The notes under the pieces: generated by a model
Told to the model about the DNA's origin: nothing
The model's input: the letters and a program-made list of their open reading frames with translations, nothing else
Databases searched by the model: none
Translations under genes and position numbers: made by a program
Source of the DNA: an uncultured delta proteobacterium
GTDB lineage: Bacteria; Myxococcota_A; Polyangia; Polyangiales; JAFGIB01
DNA length: 64,000 nt
NCBI GenBank assembly: GCA_963778655.1
Contig: CAVZVA010000011.1
Location: 256,001 to 320,000 of the forward strand
Reading direction: 5' to 3'
Shown: positions 1 to 9,595 of the stretch, piece after piece
Numbering within the stretch: position 1 is the stretch's first letter
Layout of the letters: every line of letters starts with the position of its first letter

Positions 1-628
1 GCGGCGCCAGCGTGGCGCGTGCGGCGTCCTGCGCGCGCGGCTGCAGCTCACCGCGCAGGTGGCGCGGGAGCTCCTCGCGCAGCAGCTCAGCGCCCAGCTG
101 CGCGAGCCGCAGCGAGAGCTCGCCCGCGGTTTCTTGAGCGCCGATCTGGAGGCTCCTGCAGGCGAGCACGGGACCGGTGTCCATCCCCTCGTCCATCTGC
201 ATCAGGCACATGCCGGTGCGGGTTTCACCGTTGAGGATCGCCCACTGGATCGGCGCCGCGCCGCGCAGCGCCGGCAACAGCGAGGCGTGCGCGTTGACGC
301 AACCCAGGCGCGGCGCGCGTAGCAGCGCCGGCGGCAGAATGCGCCCGTAGGCGACCACCACCGCGACGTCGGCCTCGAGCCCGCGCAAGCGCGCGGCGAG
401 CTGCTCGCTGCGCAGCTTGCGCGGCTGGATCACCTCGATGCCACGCTGCGCGGCGAGCTGCTTGACCGGCGGCGGGACGAGCTTCATGCCGCGCCCGGAG
501 GGTCGATCGGGTTGGGTCACGACCAGCACCACCTGCCCCAGCTCGCACACAGCCTGCAGACAGGTCGCCGCGAGCTCCGGGGTGCCGAAGAAAATCATGC
601 GCGGGGGTGTGGCGAGCGGAAGCGTCAT
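1..628 (-). CDS. fmt: Methionyl-tRNA formyltransferase (3' end runs off the window)
   Basis: Manual translation from ATG 628: MTLPLATPPRMIFFGTPE...VVTQPDRPSGRG...VVAYGRILP...NAHASLLPALRGAAPIQWAILNG...MDEGMDTG. GGAAGGAG RBS upstream; lies downstream of def. Confidence 0.96.
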   Translation of the reverse strand, partial: MTLPLATPPRMIFFGTPELAATCLQAVCELGQVVLVVTQPDRPSGRGMKLVPPPVKQLAAQRGIEVIQPRKLRSEQLAARLRGLEADVAVVVAYGRILPPALLRAPRLGCVNAHASLLPALRGAAPIQWAILNGETRTGMCLMQMDEGMDTGPVLACRSLQIGAQETAGELSLRLAQLGAELLREELPRHLRGELQPRAQDAARATLAP

Positions 629-713
629 GCGCTCCTTCCGCGCGGCCGGCAGCGCGCGCGCCGGGGCCGCGCCAGCGTCGAAGGGGCGGTCATGTAGCCT
701 GTCCCGTGTCCCG

Positions 714-1232
714 TCACTCCGCCGCGTCGGCGGAGGCGCGCTTGAGCATCGCGCGGTGAACCAGCCGCCGGCGCAGCAGGCTCAAGCGATCGACCAGCAG
801 CTTACCGTCCAGGTGGTCGTGCTCGTGCTGGATGGCGATCGAGAGCAAGCCCTCGGCCTCGAGCTCGAAGGGCTCGCCCTGCGGGTCCTGTGCCCGTACC
901 GTGATGCGCTCGGCCCGGTCGACCTGCTCGTGGATGCCGGGAAACGAAAGGCAGCCCTCTTCCCAGCGCAGCTCGCCCACGTGCTCGACGATCTGCGGGT
1001 TGACGAAGGTGCGCAGGTCGCTCGGCGCGTCCTCGCCCGCAGCCACGTCGACCACGAACAGGCGCAGCGAGACTCCGATCTGCGGCGCCGCCAGGCCCAC
1101 GCCGGGCGCCGCGTACATGGTTTCGGCCATGTCGTCGACCAGCCGGCTCAGCTCCGCGTCGAAGCGCCTGACCGCCTCGCCCGGAATCCGCAGGCGCTTG
1201 TCGGGATAGTGCAATATCGGGCGTACAGCCAT
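714..1232 (-). CDS. def: Peptide deformylase
   Basis: Motifs GVGLAAPQIG, EGCLS and QHEHDHLDG. Confidence 0.97.
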   Translation of the reverse strand: MAVRPILHYPDKRLRIPGEAVRRFDAELSRLVDDMAETMYAAPGVGLAAPQIGVSLRLFVVDVAAGEDAPSDLRTFVNPQIVEHVGELRWEEGCLSFPGIHEQVDRAERITVRAQDPQGEPFELEAEGLLSIAIQHEHDHLDGKLLVDRLSLLRRRLVHRAMLKRASADAAE

Positions 1233-1313
1233 TCGAGAAACCCTTTGCTTTGTCGCAATTTAACACCGCCCCCCCAGCCCGGCAAGGGTGACAACACGCG
1301 CGAATCCAGAACA

Positions 1314-1384
1314 ATCACAGCAAGGCCGGAAGACGGGAAGCACAGATGGTTTTGTTCTTCCCGCCTTCCCGTCTTGCTGTTGCA
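1314..1384. repeat. Palindromic repeat family 1 (three 8-mer units, spacer, three inverted units), copy A
   Basis: acagcaag-gccggaag-acgggaag ... cttcccgc-cttcccgt-cttgctgt, between priA and def. Confidence 0.85.
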
Positions 1385-1407
1385 CCTGCGAAGGGTCCGC
1401 TGCCGGG

Positions 1408-3690
1408 CTACAGCATGTTGACCGGGTCCACGTCGAGGCTGGCGCGCGCGGGGGCGACCTCGCCCAGCGCCGGCAGCAGCGCTCTGGCCACCGCACGCAG
1501 CGCGGCGCGGTCCGCGCCCTTGAGCATGAAGCGATAGCGGTAGCGCCCGCGCAGCCGCGCGATCGGCGCCGCAGCCGGACCCAGCAGCTCGACCTGCCGC
1601 GCGCGCACCGCGGGCTGCGCGCGGGCGATGCGCGCCAGGCTCTCGGCGGCATGGCTCGCGCGCGCCTCCTCGCCGGCCTCGATGCGCACCGCGACCAGCC
1701 GGCTGAACGGCGGATAGCTGAGCTCGCGCCGCGCCGCGCGCTCGCTGTGCAGAAAGCCGAGATAGTCGTGCGTTTGGGCGAAACGCACGGCCGGGTGATC
1801 GGGCATGTACGTCTGCAGGATCACCCGGCCGGGCCGCTCGCCGCGGCCGGCACGCCCGCCCACCTGCGCGAGCAGCTGGAAGGTGCGCTCGGCGGCACGG
1901 AAGTCTGGAAACGCCAGCGACTGATCGGCCAGGATCACGCCGACCAGCGTGACGCTCGGCACGTCGTGTCCCTTGGTCACCATCTGCGTGCCGACCAGGA
2001 TATCGACCTCGCGTGATCGCAGCCGATCGAGCACGGCCTCGACGCCCTCGCCGCTGGCGGTGTCTCGGTCCAGCCGCGCCACGCGCGCGGCCGGGAGCAG
2101 CTGGGCGAGCGTCTGCTCGAGCTGCTCGGTGCCCAGCCCGAGCTCCATCAGGTCGCGCGCGCCGCACAGCAGGCATACGCCGCGGTTGGGGCTGGAGAAA
2201 TCGCAGTAGTGGCAGCGCAGCACGCCCGCACCCTTGTGCGCGGTCAGCGCCACGCTGCAGGCCGGGCACTGCAGGATCTCGCCGCAGCCGTTGCAGCGCA
2301 CGCTGGGCGAAAACCCGCGTCGATTCAGAAACAGGATGGCCTGCTCGGAAGCGGCCAAACAGCTCTCGAGCGCGCGGTAGAGCGGCTCGCTCAGCAGCCG
2401 CTGCCCCGAACGCCCGCCGCGGTTGCGCGCCAGGTCCACGATCTCGACCGGCGGCAGCGGCTGCGGCGTGGCACGCTCGGGCAGGGTGAGCAGGCCGAGC
2501 TTGCCGCGCTCGGTCAGCTCATAGCTCTCGAGCGAGGGCGTGGCGCTGCCGAGCACGCACACAGCGTGCGCGCGGTGCGCGCGCAGCAGCGCCATGTCGC
2601 GGGCGTGATAGCGAAAGCCTTCCTCCTGCTTGAAGGAAGCGTCGTGCTCCTCGTCCACCACCACCACGCCGAGCCGCGCGACCGGCGCGAACAATGCCGA
2701 GCGCGCGCCGATCGCCAGCTGCACCCGGCCCTGGCGCAGGCTGCGCCAGGCGTCGTTGCGGTCGCGCTCGGAGAGCTCGCTGTGCAACACCGCGATCGCA
2801 TCGCCGAAGCGGCCGCGGAAACGCGAGACCAGCTGCGGCGTGAGCGCGATCTCGGGCACCAGCATCAACGCCCCCAGCCCGCGCGCGCGCGCCTCCGCGA
2901 TCACGCGCAGGTAGACCTCGGTCTTGCCCGAGCCGGTGACGCCGTGCAGCAGGAAGCCCCCGCCCTGGCCCAGCCGCGCGAGGATGGCCTCGACCGCGGC
3001 GCGCTGGGCCAGGTTGGGCTCCGGCGCCGGGACCCGCTGGACAGGGTCGGCGAAGAAGCGGTCGGCAGGAACCTCGCGCTCGCTGGTCGCAACCAGACCC
3101 TTGGCCTGCAGCGCGCGCAGCACCGCGCGCGGGCTCTTGAGGTGGCGGCGCAGCTCGTCGAGCGTCACCTCACCGCGCTCGCCGAGCAGCTGCAACAGCA
3201 CGCGCTGGCTCTTGCCCAGCCGCGCCGCCTCCGGCACGCCGGCGGTCAGGCGCACGCACAGCACGCGGCGGGTGGCGATGCGCGCGCCGGGCAGGCTCTC
3301 GCCGGCGGCCAGGAAGCCGCCGTCGCGCAGCGCGGCCACGGCCTCGCTCGGCAGCGCGGGCGCGGCCGCGCGCAGCACCTCGCCCAGCGGGTGCAGGTAG
3401 TAGTCCGCCGCCTGCTCGAGAAAGCCGAGCAGCTCCGCGTCGAACAGCGGCTGCGCGTCGAGCGCGCCGGCGATCTCCTTGATCCGCGTGCCCGCAGGCG
3501 GCGGCGCCGCCGGCCCCAGCACGAATCCGGCAAGCTTGCGTGCACCGAAGGGCACGGCCACGCGGCTGCCGGGCTGCAGCAGGCCGCGCAGCGCCTTGGG
3601 CACGCGGTAGGTGAAGCGGCGGCGCAGCGGCACCGGCACCACCACCTCCACGTGCTCGTGGTCCTCGCCCTGCAGCAGGGTCTGGCTCAT
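1408..3690 (-). CDS. priA: Primosomal protein N' (replication restart helicase)
   Basis: GVTGSGKT, DEEH, LGSATPS, four CxxC zinc motifs, QVGGRAGR, C-terminal LDVDP. ATG 3690 overlaps the upstream stop (ATGA). Confidence 0.96.
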   Translation of the reverse strand: MSQTLLQGEDHEHVEVVVPVPLRRRFTYRVPKALRGLLQPGSRVAVPFGARKLAGFVLGPAAPPPAGTRIKEIAGALDAQPLFDAELLGFLEQAADYYLHPLGEVLRAAAPALPSEAVAALRDGGFLAAGESLPGARIATRRVLCVRLTAGVPEAARLGKSQRVLLQLLGERGEVTLDELRRHLKSPRAVLRALQAKGLVATSEREVPADRFFADPVQRVPAPEPNLAQRAAVEAILARLGQGGGFLLHGVTGSGKTEVYLRVIAEARARGLGALMLVPEIALTPQLVSRFRGRFGDAIAVLHSELSERDRNDAWRSLRQGRVQLAIGARSALFAPVARLGVVVVDEEHDASFKQEEGFRYHARDMALLRAHRAHAVCVLGSATPSLESYELTERGKLGLLTLPERATPQPLPPVEIVDLARNRGGRSGQRLLSEPLYRALESCLAASEQAILFLNRRGFSPSVRCNGCGEILQCPACSVALTAHKGAGVLRCHYCDFSSPNRGVCLLCGARDLMELGLGTEQLEQTLAQLLPAARVARLDRDTASGEGVEAVLDRLRSREVDILVGTQMVTKGHDVPSVTLVGVILADQSLAFPDFRAAERTFQLLAQVGGRAGRGERPGRVILQTYMPDHPAVRFAQTHDYLGFLHSERAARRELSYPPFSRLVAVRIEAGEEARASHAAESLARIARAQPAVRARQVELLGPAAAPIARLRGRYRYRFMLKGADRAALRAVARALLPALGEVAPARASLDVDPVNML

Positions 3691-4742
3691 GGCTGCTGCG
3701 CACCCAGGCCGGCGAAGATCGCGGCCAGCGCGACGTAGCTCGCGGGCGGCACCTGCTCGGTCAGCTCGAGCCGAAACAGCAGCGCGACCAGCGCCGGCTC
3801 GAAGCGCACCGGCACGCCGTCCTGCTCCGCTCGGGCGCGCAGGCGCGAGCACAACGCGCCTTGCGCCTTGGCCAGCAGGCGAGGCGCGCGCTGGCTCGCG
3901 TCCGCAGGGTCGAATGCGAGCGCGACCGCGCGTCCCGAAGCGTCGAGCAACAGCACGCTGGCCTGCGCCAGCTCGGAGAGCGCGATCTGGGCGCGCGCCT
4001 GCTGCAACAACCGAGCGCGGCGCTCGCGCAGCTCGACCGGCCCGTGGCTCTCGCGCAGCTCCTCGCCGAGCTCGCGCCGGCTCATCCGCAGCTGGCGCGC
4101 GTGGCGCACGCGGCGCAGCGCCAGATCCGCGAGCCCGAGCAAGGCCGCGGCCAGCGCCAGCCGCAGCGCCAGGCTCTGCACGGCCAAGGCGAGCACGCCG
4201 AGCGCGCGCGGGGCGCTGCCGGCCGGCAGTGCGAACAGGCCGCGCAGGTCGCGTGCGAGCAGGTAGGCGCCGAGCGCGAGCAGCAGCCCGAGCTTGCAGG
4301 CGGCCAACAGCGCCGAAAGCAGCGCGTCGGCCGAGAGCATGGCGCGCAGGCGCCGCGCGGGATCGAGCCTGCGCGCGTCGAAGCCGAGCGCGCCGCCGGC
4401 CAGCAGCGGGCCCACCTGCAAGAACCCTGCGAGCCAGGCGCCGAGCGCGATCGCGAGCAGCGCCCCGAGCAGCGGCCACGCCGCCTGCAGCGCCGGCTCG
4501 CGCAGCGAAACGGGCAGCGAGGCGGACGGCGACGGCTCGGCGGCGGCGCGCAGGCCGCGCAGCATCAGCTCGCGTAGCGCGTGCAGCGCGCGCGGCCCGG
4601 CCCAGGCGAGCGTGCCCAGCAACGCGAGCAGCCCCGTGGCTGCGCCGAGGTCGGGGCTGCGCGCCACCCTACCCGCGCGCCGCGCGCGCGCGCGCTTGCG
4701 CGGCGTCGCTTGCTCGGTGCCGGGCTCGTCCATCTCGTCCAT
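3687..4742 (-). CDS. SctU/FlhB (EscU/YscU/HrcU) family export-apparatus switch-like protein, degenerate
   Basis: TEQATPRKRARARRAGRVARSPDL, four hydrophobic segments, LQVG...RLDP, LRMSRRELGEELRESHG, AVALAFD...APRLLAKAQG. The NPTH position reads DASG. Confidence 0.88.
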   Translation of the reverse strand: MDEMDEPGTEQATPRKRARARRAGRVARSPDLGAATGLLALLGTLAWAGPRALHALRELMLRGLRAAAEPSPSASLPVSLREPALQAAWPLLGALLAIALGAWLAGFLQVGPLLAGGALGFDARRLDPARRLRAMLSADALLSALLAACKLGLLLALGAYLLARDLRGLFALPAGSAPRALGVLALAVQSLALRLALAAALLGLADLALRRVRHARQLRMSRRELGEELRESHGPVELRERRARLLQQARAQIALSELAQASVLLLDASGRAVALAFDPADASQRAPRLLAKAQGALCSRLRARAEQDGVPVRFEPALVALLFRLELTEQVPPASYVALAAIFAGLGAQQP

Positions 4743-4905
4743 GACCGCCGCAGCGCAGCGACCGCGCGGACGCCGCGCTCGCGCGCCGGCCCGCGACAGC
4801 CCGCGGCCGTGAGCATACTGGAAAGTCACCGGATGGGTAGCCAGAGCCGCGAACGCCGGTGAGCCGGGCATTGCAAGCGCGTGCGGCCCGACCGACAGTG
4901 GGCCG

Positions 4906-6114
4906 GTGTTTTCCACGCGCAGCCGTTTCGAGCGGCAGAAGAACCGGCTGGAGCTGGCGCGGCTCGCGGCGCTTTCGCGCGGGCAAGCACTGCTCGATCT
5001 GACCGAGTCCAACCCGACGCGCGCCGGGCTGCCCGCACTCGAGGGCGCGCTGGCGGCGCTCAGCGATTCGCGGGGGCAGCGCTACGACCCCGAGCCGTTC
5101 GGCCTGCCCGAAGCGCGCGCGGCGGTGTGCCGCTCGATGGCCGAGCAGGGCGTGCAGGTGGCGCCCGAGCGGGTGGTGCTGACGGCGAGCACCAGCGAGG
5201 CGTACGCCTTCCTGTTCAAGCTGTTGTGCGACCCGGGCGACGAGCTGCTGATGCCGGTACCGAGCTATCCGCTGTTCGAGCACCTGGCGCAGCTCGAAGC
5301 CGTGCGCGTCGCAGGCTACCCGCTTGCGTACGACGGGCGCTGGCACGTCTCGGCGCGCGCGCTCGCAGACGCGCGCCCGGCGCGCGCGCGCGCGCTGATC
5401 GCGGTGCACCCTAACAACCCCACCGGCAGCTATCTCAAGCACGACGAGCTCGCGGCCATGGCCGCGCTCGGGCTGCCGCTGATCAGCGACGAGGTGTTCG
5501 CGCCCTACCCGCTGTGCGAGGACCCGAGCCGCGTTGCGAGCGCGCTGTTGGCGCCCGAGCAGCTGGTGTTCAGCCTGCACGGGCTGTCCAAGCTCGCCGG
5601 CCTGCCGCAGCTCAAGCTGTCGTGGATCTGCGTGGGCGGGCCGGACGCGCAGGCGAGCGAGGCGCTGGCCCGGTTGGAGCTGATCGCGGACAGCTTTCTG
5701 TCCGTGTCCACGCCGGTGCAGCTCGCGTTGCCGGAGATTCTCGACTCACACGTCGTGCGCGACGCGATCCGCACGCGCTTGCGCCGAAACCTGGCCACGC
5801 TGCGGGCGCTCGCCGCGGGCACCGCGGCCGACGCGTTGCACGTGGAAGGCGGCTGGTACGCCACGCTGCGGCTGCCGGACGTCCAGGACGACGAAGCCTG
5901 GGCCCTGGACTTCCTGCAGAGGGACGCTGTGCTGGTACAACCGGGTTACTTCTACGGCTTCGGCACGGGCCAGTTCGCGGTGCTCAGCCTGCTGAGCGAA
6001 GAGCGCGCGTTCCAGGAGGGCGTGACGCGGATCCTGGAGCGCGTCGCGTCAACCGCCGGCGAACGGGAAGCGTTTTCAGAAGATCACAGGAAGACGGGAA
6101 GACGGGAAGAATGA
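4906..6114 (+). CDS. PLP-dependent aminotransferase, class I/II
   Basis: HPNNPTG, ISDEVF and GLSKLAGLPQLK motifs. Confidence 0.9.
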   Translation: MFSTRSRFERQKNRLELARLAALSRGQALLDLTESNPTRAGLPALEGALAALSDSRGQRYDPEPFGLPEARAAVCRSMAEQGVQVAPERVVLTASTSEAYAFLFKLLCDPGDELLMPVPSYPLFEHLAQLEAVRVAGYPLAYDGRWHVSARALADARPARARALIAVHPNNPTGSYLKHDELAAMAALGLPLISDEVFAPYPLCEDPSRVASALLAPEQLVFSLHGLSKLAGLPQLKLSWICVGGPDAQASEALARLELIADSFLSVSTPVQLALPEILDSHVVRDAIRTRLRRNLATLRALAAGTAADALHVEGGWYATLRLPDVQDDEAWALDFLQRDAVLVQPGYFYGFGTGQFAVLSLLSEERAFQEGVTRILERVASTAGEREAFSEDHRKTGRREE

Positions 6115-6178
6115 GGGTGCGCTTCGCGCTGGCCTCGGAATCCAAGGTTCCTTCCCGCCTTCCCGTCTTCCTGTTTCA
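6083..6178. repeat. Palindromic repeat family 1, copy B
   Basis: acaggaag-acgggaag-acgggaag ... cttcccgc-cttcccgt-cttcctgt, between convergent genes and overlapping the aminotransferase 3' end. Confidence 0.9.
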
Positions 6179-6192
6179 TGACCCTTCGGTCC

Positions 6193-7593
6193 TCACGGCT
6201 TGGGGGGGAGCATCGAGGCGCGGCGGCCGCGGGCGAGGTACTCGATCAGGTCGATCTTGGTGATCACCCCGATCACCTCGTCGCGCTCGGTCACGATCGC
6301 CATGCGCGCCTGGCCGAGCAGGCTCTGGACCGATTCGATCGAAGTGTTGGGCGAGACCGTGGCGTAGTCGCTTTCGGCCAGCGCCTCCACCGGGCTGGTC
6401 AGCGAGTACTCGCCGCTCGCGAGATAGCGCAGCAGCGCGACCTCGGTCACGACGCCGAGCAACTCGCCGTCCTGCATCACCGGGATCTGCGAGATGCCGT
6501 GGTCCTTGAGCTTGGCGATCACGTCCTTCACGCGCTCGCTCGCCTGAACCGTGATCACGGCGCCGCGCGGCTTGAGCTGCAGCAGGTCGTGCACGCTGCC
6601 GAGGCCGCCCAGATCGTCGAGCAGGCCGTGCTCGCGCATCCACTCGTCGTTGAAGATCTTCGACAGGTACTTGGCCGCCCCATCGGGCAGCAGCACCACG
6701 ATGTTCTGCCGCTTGCCGCTCTTACGCGCGAACTTCAGCGCGCCGGACACCGCGGCGCCCGAAGAGCCACCGCAGTACAGCCCTTCGAGCCGCACCAGAT
6801 CGCGCGTCATCAGGAAGCACTCCTTGTCGTCGACGCGCACGACGTCGTCGATCAGCTGCGGATCGAAGGTCGACGGAAAGAAGTCCTCGCCGATGCCCTC
6901 CACCTTGTAGGTGAACGGTTTGGCCACCCGCTGGGTCTTGATGTAGTCGTAGTACAGCGAGCCTATTGGATCGACGCCAACCAGCTGCACCTCGGGCTTC
7001 TGCTCCTTAAGAAAGCGGCCCACCCCCGCGAGCGTGCCGCCGGTGCCCAGACCCGCCACGAACACGTCGATCTGTCCGCCGGTGTCGCGCCAGATCTCGG
7101 GACCGGTCGAGCCGTAGTGTCCGCCCGGGTTGTCGGGGTTGTGGTACTGGTTGGCGTAGAAGCAGTTGTGCGTTTCCTCGGCGATGCGCTTGGCCACCGA
7201 GTAGTAACTGCGCGGATCCTCGGGCTCGACCGCGGTCGGACACACCACCACCTTGGCGCCCCAGGCGCGCAGCGAAGCGATCTTCTCCTGCGACATCTTG
7301 TCCGGCATCACGAATACGCAGTGATAGCCGCGCACCGCCGCGATCATCGCCAGGCCCGCGCCGGTGTTTCCGCTGGTCGCCTCGACGATCGTGCCGCCGG
7401 GGCTGAGCTCGCCGCGCTTCTCGGCCTGGTCGACCAAGTGCAAGGTCATCCGGTCCTTCATCGAGCCGCCCGGATTCATGTACTCGCACTTGACGTAGAT
7501 GTCCGCCGCCACGTCGCGTCCGATGCGGTTGAGCTTGACCAGCGGCGTGTCGCCGATCGCGTCGAGAATCGTGGCGCAGGCGTTCTTCAACAT
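6193..7593 (-). CDS. Cystathionine beta-synthase (PLP domain plus C-terminal CBS pair)
   Basis: IGDTPLV, NPGGSMKDR, EATSGNTG, GLGTGGT, YKVEGIGEDF; C-terminal CBS repeats (GISQIPV, GVITKIDL). Confidence 0.9.
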   Translation of the reverse strand: MLKNACATILDAIGDTPLVKLNRIGRDVAADIYVKCEYMNPGGSMKDRMTLHLVDQAEKRGELSPGGTIVEATSGNTGAGLAMIAAVRGYHCVFVMPDKMSQEKIASLRAWGAKVVVCPTAVEPEDPRSYYSVAKRIAEETHNCFYANQYHNPDNPGGHYGSTGPEIWRDTGGQIDVFVAGLGTGGTLAGVGRFLKEQKPEVQLVGVDPIGSLYYDYIKTQRVAKPFTYKVEGIGEDFFPSTFDPQLIDDVVRVDDKECFLMTRDLVRLEGLYCGGSSGAAVSGALKFARKSGKRQNIVVLLPDGAAKYLSKIFNDEWMREHGLLDDLGGLGSVHDLLQLKPRGAVITVQASERVKDVIAKLKDHGISQIPVMQDGELLGVVTEVALLRYLASGEYSLTSPVEALAESDYATVSPNTSIESVQSLLGQARMAIVTERDEVIGVITKIDLIEYLARGRRASMLPPKP

Positions 7594-7630
7594 CGTTGGG
7601 TCGCTCCCGTGGGCATCGCATCAAGAGGAC

Positions 7631-7674
7631 TCACGGGAAAACGGGAAGCGAGAAAGATCGCGCCTTCCTGTTGG
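7631..7674. repeat. Palindromic repeat family 1, copy C (degenerate)
   Basis: tcacgggaaa-acgggaag ... cgccttcctgttgg. Confidence 0.6.
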
Positions 7675-7742
7675 TTCCTCGAGGGACAATGCGGGTATGC
7701 TGAATTATGCGCGCCGGGCGGAAGGCGGCGCAAGCTGGCAGC

Positions 7743-8501
7743 TCAAACGCGCGCTTCGAGCCAACCGTAGATGTCCTCGGCCGGCTTCTCCCAGCCCGGC
7801 TCGGCGTACAACCAGTGCGCGTGCGCGGTGTATTCCAGCAGCTCGCCGCCGATCGGCGCGTACTTGCGCGCCGTGCCCCGCACCAGCGCCGCGGGCACCA
7901 GACGGTCCTGCGAGGCGGCCACGGTGAGCAGCGGAATCCGGATCTTCGACTCGTCGACGCGGTAGCGCGGGATCTCGCCGAACGCGCGCCCCGACTCGCA
8001 GACCATCGCCGCCAACGCAGCGTCGTGCTCGGCCGTCGGCAGGCAATTGAACACGGCGTAGCCCACGCTGCGCGCGTCGGGCGGCGCGATCGTCCGCGGC
8101 GTCAACCCGAGCGCGCGGCCGACCGCGTAGCCGCTCCAAAACACCCGGGAGAACGGCGTGTGCACGCCGGCCGGAGCGCTCGGCGAGATCAGCACCGCGG
8201 CGCACACCCGGTCGCGCTCGGCCAGCGCCTGCGCGAGCAGCCCTCCCATCGAATGCCCGATCACCGCGGGGCGGTGGCCCGTTTCCGTCTCGATGCGGCT
8301 GACCTCTTGCTCCAGCTCCGCCACGTAGTCGTCGAGGCCGATCGAGCGCAGCTCGCGCGGCGGCCGCTTCCGAACCCGCAAGTCGGGCCGCAGCGTGGGC
8401 GTGTAGACGCGCGCCCCGCGCGTCTCGAAGAACGCTCGGAACTGCGCCCACACCGCGCCGGTGCAGCACATCCCATGAACCATCATCACCGGTGCTCGCA
8501 T
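7743..8501 (-). CDS. Alpha/beta hydrolase
   Basis: VHG oxyanion motif, GHSMGG nucleophile elbow, D(RLVP) and H(W) triad positions. Confidence 0.9.
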   Translation of the reverse strand: MRAPVMMVHGMCCTGAVWAQFRAFFETRGARVYTPTLRPDLRVRKRPPRELRSIGLDDYVAELEQEVSRIETETGHRPAVIGHSMGGLLAQALAERDRVCAAVLISPSAPAGVHTPFSRVFWSGYAVGRALGLTPRTIAPPDARSVGYAVFNCLPTAEHDAALAAMVCESGRAFGEIPRYRVDESKIRIPLLTVAASQDRLVPAALVRGTARKYAPIGGELLEYTAHAHWLYAEPGWEKPAEDIYGWLEARV

Positions 8502-8515
8502 CTGTTCTTCCTGCT

Positions 8516-9595
8516 TCAGCGCGGCAAGCGCGACGAGCGGTAGCGGCGCAACGCGGCCGAGCCCGCGGGCGCGCCCAGGATCGGGCTGCGCGAGAATACC
8601 TGAATCTCGGCGCCGTGGTCACCGCCGGCGCGCAGCAGGCACGCTCCGGCATACGCGATCATGGCCGCATTGTCGGTGCACGCGCGCGGCGGGGGCACGT
8701 GCAGGCGGATGCCCCGCTCGGCGCAGCGGCGCTGCGCGAGCGCCCGCAGGCCCGCGTTGGCCGCCACCCCGCCGGTGATGACCAGCTGGCGCAGGCCGCG
8801 CGCCTCGCACGCGGCCAGGCATTTGTCCACCAACACCTGCAGCACCACGCCCTGGAACGAGGCGCACAGGTCGGCAAGCCCGGTCGGGTCCTGCGGGCGG
8901 CCGTGCTTGCGGACGTGCTCGGCCACCGCGGTCTTGAGCCCGGAAAAGCTGAACTCGAGATTGCCGCGCCGCCGCAGCGGGCGCGGCAGCGCCACCCGTT
9001 CGGCGCGACCCTGGGCCGCCAGCCGGTCGATGCGCGGGCCCCCCGGGTACCCGAGCCCCAGCAGCTTGGCAACCTTGTCGAAGGCCTCGCCGGCCGCGTC
9101 GTCGCGGGTCTGGCCGAGCTGCTCGATCGCGGTCGCGCCGCGCACCTCGTACAGCGCGGTGTGGCCGCCGCTCGCGAGCAAGGCGATGAACGGGAGCTCC
9201 GGCACCGCGGCCGGACCGGCCGCGGCGTCGCGGAACAGGAAGCCGCTCAGCAGGTGCCCGACCAAGTGGTTGACCCCGACCAGCGGCAGCCCGCGGGCCA
9301 GCGCGATCGCCTTCGCCGCCTGCACCCCCACCAGCAAGGCGCCGATCAACCCCGGCCCGGTGGTGACCGCGACCGCGTCGACCCGCGAAAAGCCGCCGCC
9401 CTCGCGCAGCGCCTGCTCGATCACCGGCACCACGTTCTGCAGGTGCGCGCGCGAGGCCAGCTCGGGCACCACGCCGCCGTAGGGCGCGTGCAGCGCGACC
9501 TGGCTCGAGATCACGTCGGAAAGCACCAGCCCGTCGTCGCGCACGAGCGCGGCCGCGGTCTCGTCGCAGGAGGATTCGATGCCGAGGACGATCAC
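8516..9595 (-). CDS. tsaD: tRNA N6-threonylcarbamoyltransferase TsaD
   Basis: LGIESSCDET, GGVVPELASRAH, HLVGH, SGGHT, DDAAGEAFDK, FSFSGLKT, GGVAAN, CTDNAAMIA. GTG start overlaps the upstream stop. Confidence 0.97.
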   Translation of the reverse strand: MIVLGIESSCDETAAALVRDDGLVLSDVISSQVALHAPYGGVVPELASRAHLQNVVPVIEQALREGGGFSRVDAVAVTTGPGLIGALLVGVQAAKAIALARGLPLVGVNHLVGHLLSGFLFRDAAAGPAAVPELPFIALLASGGHTALYEVRGATAIEQLGQTRDDAAGEAFDKVAKLLGLGYPGGPRIDRLAAQGRAERVALPRPLRRRGNLEFSFSGLKTAVAEHVRKHGRPQDPTGLADLCASFQGVVLQVLVDKCLAACEARGLRQLVITGGVAANAGLRALAQRRCAERGIRLHVPPPRACTDNAAMIAYAGACLLRAGGDHGAEIQVFSRSPILGAPAGSAALRRYRSSRLPR

